A stretch of DNA of 64,000 bases from Camelus dromedarius. Taxonomy: Eukaryota. The notes beneath the pieces are model-generated. The model made no database searches. It saw only the letters and a list, made by a program, of their open reading frames with translations, and was not told the DNA's origin. Location of the stretch: the NCBI RefSeq assembly GCF_036321535.1, contig NC_087437.1, positions 45,386,001 through 45,450,000 on the forward strand, written 5' to 3'. Shown piece by piece: positions 37,396 to 49,870 of this stretch. Position numbers and translations under genes: made by a program. Position 1 is the stretch's first letter, and each line of letters begins with the position of its first letter.

Positions 37396-40074
37396 CTCCT
37401 ATTGCTCCCAAATTTATTTATATCTGGATCTGTATCTTAGAAATTTCAAAACTCTTTCTCCCTCCCCTTCCCCCCATGCCCAATCATATGTTTCACTACT
37501 ACAGTGAATGGAACATGCACACATTTCCTCCTTTTACAGTTAGGTTAACCACAGCTGTCTAGGGTCGGGGACCTGCTAAGTGGCAAAGCCAGGATGTAAA
37601 TCCAAATCTCTCCTTCTTGCTCCCATGCCTCCCTGCCTCCCAGGGTGTGAGGCTGGGGAAACGCACTGCTTGGACCTCCTGCTGCAGAGACATGTTTTCC
37701 TGACTTCAGCTCTTTGCTCTGAATCCACCAGCACATTTGCACCAAGGTCCCACTGCTCCTGAGCTGCTCTCCATAAAGACAGCACAGCAGGGGTCCTTGT
37801 GCAGGCTCCTTCCCATGGTGAAGTAGCACGACTCTACTGGGAGACCTCGGCTTAAAGGCTCCTCATGATTCTGGTTGTAACTTTCTCAGAAGAGTTTTAG
37901 CACTCCTATGTAATCTTCCTCCCCCTCTCCTTTACACGCTAGAGGTTCTGGGAAATAAAATAAACAAGAGGCTATCATACAAGAGCTTACAACCAATAAT
38001 AACCAGACTATCTCAAAATGGAATTGATCAGGAGTCTCCAGGAGAGCTTTGCATATTTCTATCAGCCCTTAAATGATAATAAGACTTCAAAGAGCACTAA
38101 AATCCTTTCTCAAAGAAAAAAAAAAGGGGGGGGGGGGGTTAGCATCCTCTGACTATCTGTCTCAGTATCCTATAAGCTGGTTTAAATAATAACTGGTAAC
38201 ATATTTTTCTCATGATAGTCTTTGGTTTATGATGACCTGAGGCATTTAGCTATTCCTGCTTGTATCTCTCAAAACTTGTTCTCTTTTCGATGATCTTTTC
38301 TCTTATTTGCCAAAGGGCTCATCTTGAATTTTCTTCCAGGACTACATGATCCTGTGACGCTAGCGGCAATGTCAGTGCCCAGTGCCCAGATGTGCAGCAC
38401 ACAGGGGCAATGGCAATACTAGAAATGTGCCTTGTGAAGGACTGCCGTTAGGCTGCTGCGCCTCATTGGGAGTCAGGGGATGCAAGAGGCTCTGGCGAGT
38501 TAAGCTTCAATAGTACTGATCACGGCCATTGAACAAGGCATTTCACATTGATATGACATCTTTATCCATCAACACAATTGTACCTGAACAGGATACAAAT
38601 TTGACTGAAGTGTCGTAGAGCTCTGGCCCCATCGTTATAGTAGGAGCGCAGGTCAGTGCTAGGACGAACTGGGCCTTGGTGGCCATGCAATAAAACGTTC
38701 TAACAGATCTGTACTCTGTTTCGGGGAACTTGGCAACAATAAATCATTGGCTAAGTAATTGCAAAACCTAATTACGTGGTACTGAAGAAAAATACAAACA
38801 CAAGGATATAAACAAAATCTTATTTTGTTGAAAAAAATTACCCTGCCTAAGTCAGACTGCTCAGGAATCCATCTCATCCTTGTTCAATGACACTAGCGGC
38901 AATGGCAATAGAGTACAGAATGGTCAGTTAGTAGCGCTGAGATATGATGAAGTATCAGCAGTACCCTGAGGTAAGATGCAGTATGCATGCTTCACACCGG
39001 TATGTCCAGAGTCCCTCAGACAGCGCTTTGCTACTTGTCAAGATTTTAGCCAACAAGATTCAAAAACTTCGTCAGAATTAGTAAAAACAAAGAGCTTTTT
39101 CCAAAGTCAGATATCAATAACCACTGGCCACTTCTAGAGTGTGGAAGTCTTATTCAAAACCTACAAAGTAGATGAGAATGTCAACAATGGCTCAATAAAA
39201 ACTTAATCTATAATCAAATTTACTATTAAAAAATCTGAAATTTAACTGAAGCACTTTTTAAAAATATATATCAGCAATGCTCAGAGGGAGCACGAAAGCT
39301 CTATTTACATGCAGCTTTTTAAAGTGAGGGCTCGCTCTACTTGTATGTGCGTGTGTACGTGTGTATAATTGATAAAGTAACTAACTGCCTATTCAATCAG
39401 AAGATCTTGATGGATAAATATAGTTGCATACTTATTTGTACTCTTAATCCAAATCAATTAAATCAAAAGGAATAAAAATTCATTGCTCAAAAACTAACAA
39501 AATGCTTTTAGTAAACCTAAGACTGCTCTGAAAAATAAAGTCTATTAATTTTAAAAAGCAGTATGTGGGGGGAGAAAACCTAACAAAAGGCATAAACATA
39601 ATGGAAGCTATCAACTCAGGTCTTTACTAATGTAATTACCAATTGGCACAAAATCGTTAAAAACAGGAACTGGCATGCTCTACTGTTATCGCAAACCACT
39701 GAACGCTTAACTAAGTCTCAGAGAGGCCCCATCTACTGCTGGGCATTCACTACATGGAGTTAAATTGGGGTGGGAGGATTTACCTTTCTGATAGCAAGCT
39801 TGGTGTTGCAAAGTGCTAAGTCAGCTTCGAAACGATGCAGAAAAACTTCACAAGGTAACTTTGGTTGTATAATGCTCAGGAATCTACATCTTTTTAGGTG
39901 ATTCAAAATACGTTATTGAAAATTATTTCTGGTGTCTTACTGTCAAAGTGAAACTGAAAATCCAGCATTTAATTATCATGGTCATCCTCCCCACCCCCAC
40001 CCATTTCTCATCTCTTCACACCAAAGGCATCCTATCTACTCTTTTTTTTAATTTAGAAATACAAAACATCTATT

Positions 40075-40174
40075 CTTTTAATTGAAGTATAGTCAGTTAT
40101 AATGTGTCAATTTCTGGTGTACAGCATAATGTCCCAGTCATGCATACACACACACACACATACACACACACACA
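40075..40174 (-). mobile_element. Short young L1 3' end followed by (CA)n (40146-40174)
   Basis: ttttaattgaagtatagtcagttataatgtgtcaatttctggtgtacagcataatg is the reverse complement of the L1 terminus at about 1010-1068. Confidence 0.85.
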
Positions 40175-41299
40175 TTCTAGAACTCTGAGCCTTTCTGATC
40201 TCTTTTTTCTAACATTCTTAGAAATAATGAACATGATTCTATGACATTGTTTAATCCCTTAAAAATTCTTTAAGAATCATTCCTCTGAGTCAGCCGTTCA
40301 GAATGTATCTTGATTTTCAGACTACGTATCAACTATATTCTCAACTTTTCTCCTTTACCTTTTCACCTTACTTTCATGGACTACCCCCTACCCCACCCCC
40401 ACTGCCCCGTATGATTAGAGTTGAATTTTTTTTTTAAAACATAGGAGTTTTACAAAATCATGAAAAGCTTCCACTGTTTTTCTCTTTGGGTACCTCCTAC
40501 TGGTGACCTATGGTTTGCATATACATATGCAACATTTTTTTAAATAAAAGTCAGTGTCTTTATCATGCTGATTTTTCTTGTTTTCCATTGACTCCTAAGT
40601 GCTATCTTCTTAAAATTCAATCAAGGCTATCCTTGAAATTCTTTTTTGTTTATGCAAATCAAAGTAAGAAGGACACTTCCCTTATTGCTATTTCTTCTTC
40701 TGCATAGATGTTTCTTCTAATAATCTCTTAGGAGCAGGCTAGAAGTATTGTCAGTCACCAGGAGGAGGCTGGAGAGGCAGGAATTCCTATGCAGAAGGCC
40801 TTAGGGGCCAGGATTTCAAGAATTGATGTACTAAATTTAAAAACATGTCATAAATGCAGCTGTTTGTAACACTGTTTTCTGGCCTGTGGCTATGAGTTTG
40901 TGTGATGAAGATCCCAAGACTGAAAAACACACTTCTTTTTCTCCAAAATGTCATATGCTGTTGTTCTTTCGTATACAAGTGATTCTCAGTCAATAGCATG
41001 AAGTAGGAGGGTGTGGAGATGTAATACATCTCCAATAAAAACGTTATCAAATCACCACCCTTTGCAACAATCTTTTTCAGATTACATATCGTAAAATGGG
41101 ATGACAGGTTGTCATTTCTGTTTCCAGTTGGGGTGGGATCTCCAGCAGAGCGGTTGCCTATCTCTCCACCCTCAGCATAGTTTGTTTTTTTAATGCCCTT
41201 TTCTGGCTCAAAATACAATGTTTGCATTAAGACTATTGCTTACTGGACCTACTTTAGGGGAAGGAAGTTCAGGTGTAGAATGAATTTCAACACTTTTAA

Positions 41300-41838
41300 A
41301 GGCCCCCTAGTCACCAAAAGTGAAGTCCAAACTCCTCACCATGACATTACAAAGCCTCTGAGACTCCTGATGGTTTTCAGTTGTATCGTCTCACTCACTC
41401 TGCAATTACACCAGGGCTGCAGAACCACACACAACACTCCAGCCACTCAAGAATACTTCTTGTTCTTTTTCCCTTCACATCTTTTGTTTATGCCTGAAAT
41501 GCCTTCTTGGCTTTTTCTGCTTGATTGATACCTAATCCGCTTTTCCTTCCCAATTTAAAGCAAATGACCTCCCTTCTGAGGCTTCCTTGACAGTTCCTCA
41601 AAGTAACATTTGCTCCCTATTTTGTAACTATACACGTTTTGAATTTATTTTTGCAGCTAGCTTTTATCACATTTTTATAATTGCTTATATATTTCCATCT
41701 CTCCCTCACATGCACATGCTCGCTTGCAAACACACATTTGTGAGCTCCACCAAGGCAAAACTGCATTGTATTCAGTTCTGAAGTCTCTTTACTTTGCACA
41801 AAGCCTAGAAAATGGCTTCAAAAAATGCTTTTGAATAA
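41300..41838 (+). mobile_element. LINE-2 3' region
   Basis: aagtccaaactcctcacc...cactccagccac...tgtgagctccaccaaggca...aaatgcttttgaataaa. Confidence 0.7.
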
Positions 41839-41864
41839 AATTACAGGGCGATTATTTTCAAATT

Positions 41865-42050
41865 AGAATTTACTCTTCCTCTTACAACTGTATACCATTG
41901 GGGAAATCACTTTACCTTTCTGAACTTCAGTTTCCTCAACTGTAAAAAGGAAAAAAACACCTTATTTCCTGGTTGCTGTGAATATTAGGTTACGTGTTTT
42001 CATGGAGCACATTGGCGAGTTCTTTAAGATTTATTAGGTGAACTATTCAT
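41865..42050 (+). mobile_element. MIR SINE
   Basis: tcactttacctttctgaacttcagtttcctcaactgtaaaaagg. Confidence 0.8.
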
Positions 42051-45000
42051 ATTATTAAGTAGATAGCTGGAGGGGGTTGATAAAAAGATGCTGTGTGTTA
42101 TGGTTTCTTTGAAATGCTACAGTGAATGAGAATAAAGCTTAGTCTTAAAGATTCAGTTATACAGGTCAGTCAAATTTGCTCCCAATAGACATATTTATTT
42201 TAGAAACAGCAACAAGAAAATATTTTAAATATATTTAAAAAGTAGCATTATTTCGAGACACAATTGTATTTTCCCCCAGATACTGTAATGAGAAGCATAT
42301 TAGGTGGTGGGTTATACTTCAGCAGAGGGCTTGCTTATGCTCATCAAGTTTAAAGTCTGACTACACTAATTTCATTAGCATCTTATTTTTGCTTGGTTCA
42401 CTTAATGTTATTCAAACACTGTATCTGAAATGAATCTCCTGAGATTCGTTTTTCCCCTTGAAGATGAACTTACTTTAATGTTTGCACAGGGGCTCAAGAG
42501 TGGGCATAGCAGACGGTTAACAGGCATGGAAAACCACAGTACAGCAGAGAATGAGGCAGAGAATGAAATGCCCCTGCTTATTTATATACAGACCTCCATT
42601 TCGTACTCAGAAGGTGCCTGGAGTGTAAGACGACTCTCCTCAGATACCCACGCGTACCCGTCATTGCCTAGAAGAGGCATGGCAAGCACTGGGAGGGCAC
42701 CCCAGTCAACGAAGCCAAACCCCTCTATGAGTCCATTCACAAACCTATTTACTGACAACATCTAAGGAGAGCAGGAGCTTTAATTTAGAAATACCACTTT
42801 GGCTTGCTGAAGACTCTACACATGAACCATTTCATCTGGGATCACAAGGGCTGGAGAAGAGCCTAGAGATTTGCCCTGTGTCCTCACCCACCAGTAGGGG
42901 GTGTGACTGACACTGGACGGCTCTGGGTTAGCCCAGTTTGTATATCCAGTCATCAGCGGAGTCGATATGCCCTGAGGCAAAAATTCTTAACTCAAGATTG
43001 GTAAGAAAGTCAAAGAAAACTCCATTCATTTAATTATTTTTCAGGGCAGCTAATGTTTCAAGGGTCTTTGAGTTCCAAGAAAGGACATTTTAGTACTGTG
43101 TTTGACTGTGATAATTTACAGTTCACTGGGAGAGTGAGAAAACACCTCAGTAGAATTGGCTTCACTTTCCTGAAAGATTCCTACAGGAGGATGAGCGTCT
43201 ACGACTTACACAAGTACTGATCTGTGTGTACTCCTCAGAGATTCTTACAGTCGTTGGAACATTCATCTTTGTTTCTTTACACTACCGTACCATGCACTCA
43301 TCAAGTCAGGGTTAGCACCGTGTAACCTAGCTGCTGTCCTCTGAAATCAAAGTAACCAGATGGTTTACAGAACCTGCAGTCCAACTGCACACTGCGTATA
43401 CAAACATCTATTTACTTACATCTTTAACCATATAAAAGTAGTCTAAGACCCTGAACACCCTTCTGTTGCCTTTTCCCAAAGTTGGATACTATTAGATCTT
43501 TTCTTCACGAGTTTCATCCTTTTCTATTTGGAAAAACATTGATTTTTTTTCCCTCTCTCTCTGGTTTTGATATACTACAAGCCAACAGGGTTTTATTTAT
43601 GCTGTGTTTTAGCCCAACTACCATCAAATATGTCAACTGCTTATGAGAACATTAGGCTTGAGGGCTGCCCCTGCTGTATAAGCAGTCAAAAAGTAACAAA
43701 CAATAAACCATGCAAGTTCAACTCAGGCATGAACCATATCTCTTTCTTCAGTTCTATCCTCCTCTGCCCAAATTACAAAAGGAAGTTAGATATATGTGGT
43801 CTGGATCTAAATTTAGTTTATTTAGGATATTGTGCTTGAATCTAAGCTTACCTATCTCGCTCCTCAGTCTCCACTAGCTCTTAATCAGACAGACAAGACA
43901 TTAAACAGCCTGACGTCTTGGGATACGGGGCATGCAGTTCCAAGAGGTAGTGTGATTTGTGGATAATGTCTTTTTCCAGTGACCAAGAATTATGATTTAT
44001 GTAGAGTGAATAACTTCTTGATGCAGTACTCCATACTCCTGTATAGGCTGGATATTGAACAATATTTTCAAAAGGAAACTATTCAGGTAACTTATTTAGA
44101 AGACACTTAAAAAAGAGAAAAACATTGATAAAGTTTACGTAGCTGAGCAGTAACAACAGTTTCAATAAGTGCATCTAGCATCACTAGCATGTTTAATAAA
44201 AGTTTCAGGTAGTGATACAGTTTGAAGTGATGTCATGATGAAAGCATCTTTATTTACAGTGTAGTTTCTGTTGTTCCCTGGAGATGATGGGACTGAACAA
44301 AACAAGCCTTCACTGATTGACTGGCACTCGGAATTATAGTCAGATATATGTTGAATGCTGTTTCTTTTGGAAGAAATGTGAGCAATTTTTATTTCAAGTA
44401 GTAGGGAGATGGAAAATGGAAAGATCTTCATATAGAGAAGGTGTGTTTAATGGTATTAATATTATCTGCAATGTCTACACTTCTGCTGTTGTTAACATTG
44501 CATTGTTGTTTTCATCATAAACTGATATATTTATGGAATTAAAATTCCTACACAAATGTTGCTGTGGGTTGCATCTCAGCAAGCAGGTTGCCTTTGCTAA
44601 AAAATGAAATATTTCCATAATTCAGTAGAAGAGGCTCACTAAACTTTAAGGAAAATTTTTAAATTAAATAGGGAAAACAAAAGTTATCTTGAGGTTTTCA
44701 AAGTGTCTTTTTAAAAAAAAAACAGAAATTCTTCACTGTAAGTGTTAAGTACAGAAAGTCAGACTGAAATAAATTTTAAATAGGCACCAATAATCTTTTA
44801 AAGAGGCATCACAGAAATGCCAAAACAATGTAATTTAAAGCAAATGTTCAGTTTTTAATATCATTTCTTTCCAATACATTTATGCTTTTCTCTTGAATTA
44901 GACTAGAAAATTTACTTGTCGTTTCACCTGTCTTTTCACAGTTGGTTTTATCTTCTGGTTCTGACACCTTTTTTTTTTTAATTTTCTGAAATTACATTTG

Positions 45001-45469
45001 ACAATCTATAGGCTAAAAGCAATAAATAACTCCCAACACACTGAAATTTTATGAAAGATTTTCTTGTTAGGCTTCATGAGACTTGTACAAAATAAATGTA
45101 AAATAAAAGATGGAAAAATAAATACAGTCTTTGCAAAGCGGGTAGTATTTTGTGGTTTTCAAATATCATTATTTTTTTTTATTTCTTACAAGAGCGAAGT
45201 GGATGATCATCGTCCAAACATGGGAGATAAAGTGTGATCACTACTTCAAATGAATTATTGAGGGTCTGTTACCCTTCTGTTCAAGGGTTATTTGAAAAAG
45301 AGTTGACCAACATTAGTCAAATATAATTTAATTAAGAGAATTAAAGTTACTTTTTTCCTTCCAATATGGTCATGATTTTTAATAATATATTATATTCCAA
45401 GTATAAATACTAGTAAAAATTTTTCTCACAAATGCAGGTCTTTAATAATAACTATGCCATTATGTTAAT

Positions 45470-45710
45470 AATAGGAGTGAATAATTATTCAGTAATACAA
45501 TGTTTCCGGAACTGTTAAAAGTGTTTTGCACAGATTAATAATGCATTTCATCTTTACAAGATCCCATAGGGTAGGAACTGTTATCTCCAAATTCCAGATT
45601 AGGAAACTTGGACACAGAGAATTTAAACAATTTGACAAAAGTCACAATATGACAAACTGAGATGAGAACCGAGCAAGTCTAGCTCCAGGGACGCCATTCT
45701 TCATCACGAC
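45470..45710 (-). mobile_element. MIR SINE
   Basis: cccatagggtaggaactgttatctccaaattccagattaggaaacttggacacagaga. Confidence 0.8.
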
Positions 45711-46289
45711 TTTTATGCAACTACCCCTTTGTACATGTTGCATTTCCTAGTCTTTTACACTAAGATTTTGTTCTCCTAATGACAAATAAATTACAGGCAA
45801 AACGTGCAAATGTCTAATAATTAGCAAAAACACCAACAGAGATTCTGTGGAAGGGGAAAATCTCAGGGCTCACGAGCTAAGAAGCTGCCCCACATAACAA
45901 CTGCTTTGCTAAGATGCAAGTCAAGTACCATTAAACACTGGCAAAACTCTAAAATGACCTGGACATTTCAGGATAACATGACAGCAGGTTAAAATGCCAA
46001 ACCATAATGGGTTCTTTCTTGTTATTATTTCCTACCTGTTATTTTACTATAAATAGCAGGCATTAATAACCCAATTATTACCACCAGGAGCAGAAATTAT
46101 ATGAGCATCAGAGGGGGAGAAGGCATGTTCCTTCTGTCTACTTAACCTACAATCTGCTATGGAGATAAAGCATATGCTTTTAAAAAAAAAAATGGTACTA
46201 ACAATGCTAGCTAGCAGCACAAGTAGGAAGCAAAATGAATGGCACTGGCCATAAGGGGAGCCTTCACAGAGGAGGAAAAAAGTAATGTA

Positions 46290-47065
46290 TTTAAAAAGCT
46301 TTACTAAGCATCTCCTATGTACCAGGCATTGCCTGTGCCCTAAAATTACAGTGAGGTGAAAACAAGACCCCTGGCTAAATTCTAGTCAGAGAGACAGATG
46401 GACGGATGGATGGATGGATGGATAGATAGAATGACAGACAGACAGACAGACAGGTAGATGGGTAGACAGATAGCTAGACAGCTAGATAGTAAGATATGGT
46501 ACAATGTAATAATAATAAAAGTCTAAAGAATGACAAGATATTTTAGTAAGGAGGTCAGGGAAGGCCTCTTTTAAGTTCTGACACCTACAGTGGGACTTAT
46601 ATTAAGGTGGGAACAAGCCAGTTAAATTTTTTTCGGTTAATGATTTCCAGGCAAAGGGAACAGGGAAAGTAAAGTATCTGAGGCAATAAAGTCTAGAAGG
46701 AAGTCAGAACGTAGCCAGGGTCAGATGAATGACTGGGGACTTGTAGAACAGGGAGAGGTCTTTGCATTTTAGTCTAAGGGGACAGGAAGCTAGTAGAGGG
46801 CTTGGAGCAAAGGGCTGCCATGTGCGACACTGTCAGGAGCTCAGTGCGGCTTTCGATGACAAATAGACAATAAGAGCAAGAGTAGAAACAGGAAGAACAA
46901 ATGTGAGGCTACTGTTCCAGTCCTGGGAGGAAGGAAGGTGGCTCTGTCCAGGGCGGAAATTGTGGAGAAGCTGAAATATTCAAAACTGAATCCAAAGCCA
47001 ACAAAATGTGCTGATAAACTGGAAAGACTGGACTAGGATGAAAAAGAAAAACGGATACAGCAGTG
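46290..47065 (-). mobile_element. LINE-2 with internal (GATG)/(GACA)/(GATA) tetranucleotide repeat (about 46395-46490)
   Basis: tactaagcatctcctatgtaccaggcattg...ggtcagggaaggcctct...tttccaggcaaagggaacag...gcaagagtagaaacaggaaga. Confidence 0.85.
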
Positions 47066-47184
47066 ATTTTAGAAAATCCACAGCTGGTGCAAAACAACAG
47101 TGCTCACGCAGTGAAGGATGGTAAAGTAAACCAGTCTGACAGTAACCACTGCTGCAGCCTCGCCAAGGGGTGCTGGACCAGCTA

Positions 47185-47338
47185 GATATCTATATCTATA
47201 TCTATATCTATATCTATATCTATATCTATATCTATATCTATCTATATCTATATCTAATCTATATCTATATCTAATCTATATCTATATCTATATCTATATA
47301 GATATAGATATAGATATATATATATATACACACACACA
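47185..47338. repeat. (TATATC)n then inverted (GATATA)n, (TA)n and (CA)n compound repeat
   Basis: Directly visible; includes a perfect 42-bp palindrome at 47277-47318. Confidence 0.95.
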
Positions 47339-48714
47339 TGTATAATTGCATATGTTTAGTTACCGAATACATCATGGCTACTTTTTAAGACTAACATTTC
47401 CTTTACTTTAACGAGTAAGTAAAAATATCACGTATTCCAAAAATGTTAAGGCCAAAGCATTAATGAAGAATAAATATAAAATGTGAGCATATCTTCTGAT
47501 ACACTGTCAATTGTTACTTCGTAAATGATTCGCCTTGAATCTTACTCTAAAAACAAGCTACTTAGCACTGTCAAAAAAGACAACTGCAGACTTATTAAAC
47601 ATGCATCAAGACATTTATATTCATTCAAGTGTTTACTGTGGCATAAGGTATATGGAGTATCATGTAAGGTGGTGGGGCAACGGAAACGGATGATCAGATC
47701 TCGGCCATGATCTAGTGATCTCAGTGTCTGGAGGAAGGTGACCTTGAGTATGTCTTTACAAGCAATGAGCCAGAAATAGCATGTGTTAAGGAAACACGAG
47801 GTTCCACATAACACCTGCCCCCAAAGCAGCTGGGCGCTATGTGAAAAATACATTTTAACATGACACAGAGTTTTGTTTGTTCCATTAGCTTATTATTCTT
47901 GAGAGGAAGACTTCCCAGTGATTTAAAAATCTCTACATGTACATTAAACGTTAACTACTTCACTATGTCTCTGGGAGTAAGAAAACAGTAAATAACCTCT
48001 AATGGGTTTTTGGTTTTGTCTTGGGCACAGAACTTGTGACACGTCGGTACTCAAAAATATTTATTGAGCAGTAAATGAATGAATAAATGAGTCTATATGT
48101 TTAGAGAAAGAAATGAAAGGGGCAGAAAGACTCTCCAAGGCAGAAAGGAAAACTAAGAGAAACCGTCAAAAGTAAGAAAATGTATCAGCTCTATTTTCAT
48201 CTTTCCAGCTCTTACACACAGACCTCACATCAACCTTCTCCATAAATTACTCAGCAGTCGTTTCTATGAGAGAGCTCTGAATCGGAAAACCAGAGATCCT
48301 GTCTGGTTGCTTTTTAACACTTAAAATGCTTATAGGCTACAGCTCACAGGAGTGTTTTCAGATACCTGTTTAAATGCTAACATTTCTTTGCCTTTGAAAG
48401 AGACTTCATTTTGCTTTCTATCCACTGGTTTTAGAGACTGGAAACAGGAAACATTAAAAAATTAACAGTAAGAGAAAACAAATTTTCTTGTAAAAACACT
48501 CACTTCACCACATCCCAGCCACACTCCCAAATCTCCATGTTTTCTTAAAGATACAATAGGTTCAAAGAGCCTTTGCTGCATGGTGCAATGGTTACCATGG
48601 ATATATTTTATTTTTAAGTTTAGTGAACAGTGTGCTTTCAAAGACATACACTGTCAAGGCCTTTGGCAGAGTAAATTATGTATTTCTGAGATTTAAAAAG
48701 TATTTTTGGTGTTT

Positions 48715-49632
48715 TCTTTTTTCCCATTAAATAGTTTCAAATATAGGAAACTACAGGGTTTAACAGACCCTAACTATCATCCAGCTAGAGTAAACAATTT
48801 TTCACATTTATGTTTGCTTCCAATATTCTGTTTATTGAACAATTATAATATTAACATATGAAATTGAAATTTCTGTTGTTTTTTTTCTCTCCCATAGACT
48901 TTACAACCCCAGTCCCACTCCCCTGCACCATTTCCCAAAGGCAAACATTTGGTGGGTTTCATTCCATTTCATGTTTCTGGACTTATATTACATATATGTA
49001 CCAACAAATAAAGTCTTTTTTTAATTATATGGTTGGCCTCTTATTTTATGTATCAGTCAGAAATTTGTTTTTTAACTCAATGCTATATTTTTTAAATATA
49101 TTCACATTGATTCCCGTAGATTCCCCTTTATCTGAACCACTAATTGTATCATATGTCAAATTCTTATATGTTCTTAGATATGTTCTTTTTTTTTTTTTGG
49201 ATTACCTATTCTGGTGTGTTGATGTACTTCTTTCTGCACAAAAACCATGTGACTTTAATTGTGGTATAATAAATGACATGCGGTAAAGCTCTACCTGCTT
49301 CTTTTCCATAATGGTCTTAGCCATTCTTGAATCTTTTTTCTATGATCTTTGGAATGAGTTTTCTAACTTAGAGTTGTATGGAAGTTATACATTCATTTGA
49401 GGAAGCTGACGTATTTATGGTATTTTATCTTATCTAGCATAAATATGGTATATCTGTCCTTTTATGCAGAACTTACTTCACATTCTTCACTAATGTTTTA
49501 TAACTGTCTCCACACATTTTTGCTGTATTTCTTTCCAGATATTTAATAATCTTTGCCGCCCATATAAAGTCTATTATTATTACATGACTACTGTTGATAT
49601 GGAGGAATAATACTCATTTTTGTTTTGTTGAC
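48715..49632 (-). mobile_element. Very old LINE-1 (L1ME-like) fragments
   Basis: T-rich antisense L1 motifs (gtcttagccattcttg, tgacgtatttatggtatt, aatatggtatatctgtccttt). Confidence 0.65.
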
Positions 49633-49635
49633 TGG

Positions 49636-49870
49636 TGTGATCAAAAAAATCAAGCACCCCGCTCACCCCAAAAATGTCCACATCTTCATCTCCAGAACCT
49701 GAGAATACGTTAGGTTATGTGGCAAAAGGGAATTAAGGCTGTGTATCAAATTAAGTTAACAGTTAGCTGACCTTTAGCTGGTGAGATTGCCCTGGGTGAT
49801 CTCAGTAGGCCCAATGTAATACAAGGGTCCTTATAAGAGGAAGAGGGTGAAAAAAGAGTCAGAGTTAGGG
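49636..49870 (+). mobile_element. MLT1D-like LTR, 5' part
   Basis: aaatgtccacatcttcatctccagaacctgagaatacgttaggttatgtggcaaaagggaattaagg...gcccaatgtaatacaagggtccttataagagg. Confidence 0.85.

Noticed and set aside
38116..38138. A10G13 homopolymer junction
   Set aside because: Simple homopolymers, prone to sequencing length error; no further structure.
40787..41528. 146-aa and 111-aa ORFs
   Set aside because: No recognisable protein similarity; partly within L2; composition typical of random AT-rich ORFs.
44236..44297. Box C (ATGATGA) ... box D (CTGA) snoRNA-like arrangement
   Set aside because: Weak terminal stem, no recognisable rRNA/snRNA guide, and the motifs are common by chance.
48858..49286. 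142-aa hydrophobic ORF
   Set aside because: T-rich antisense strand of an old L1.
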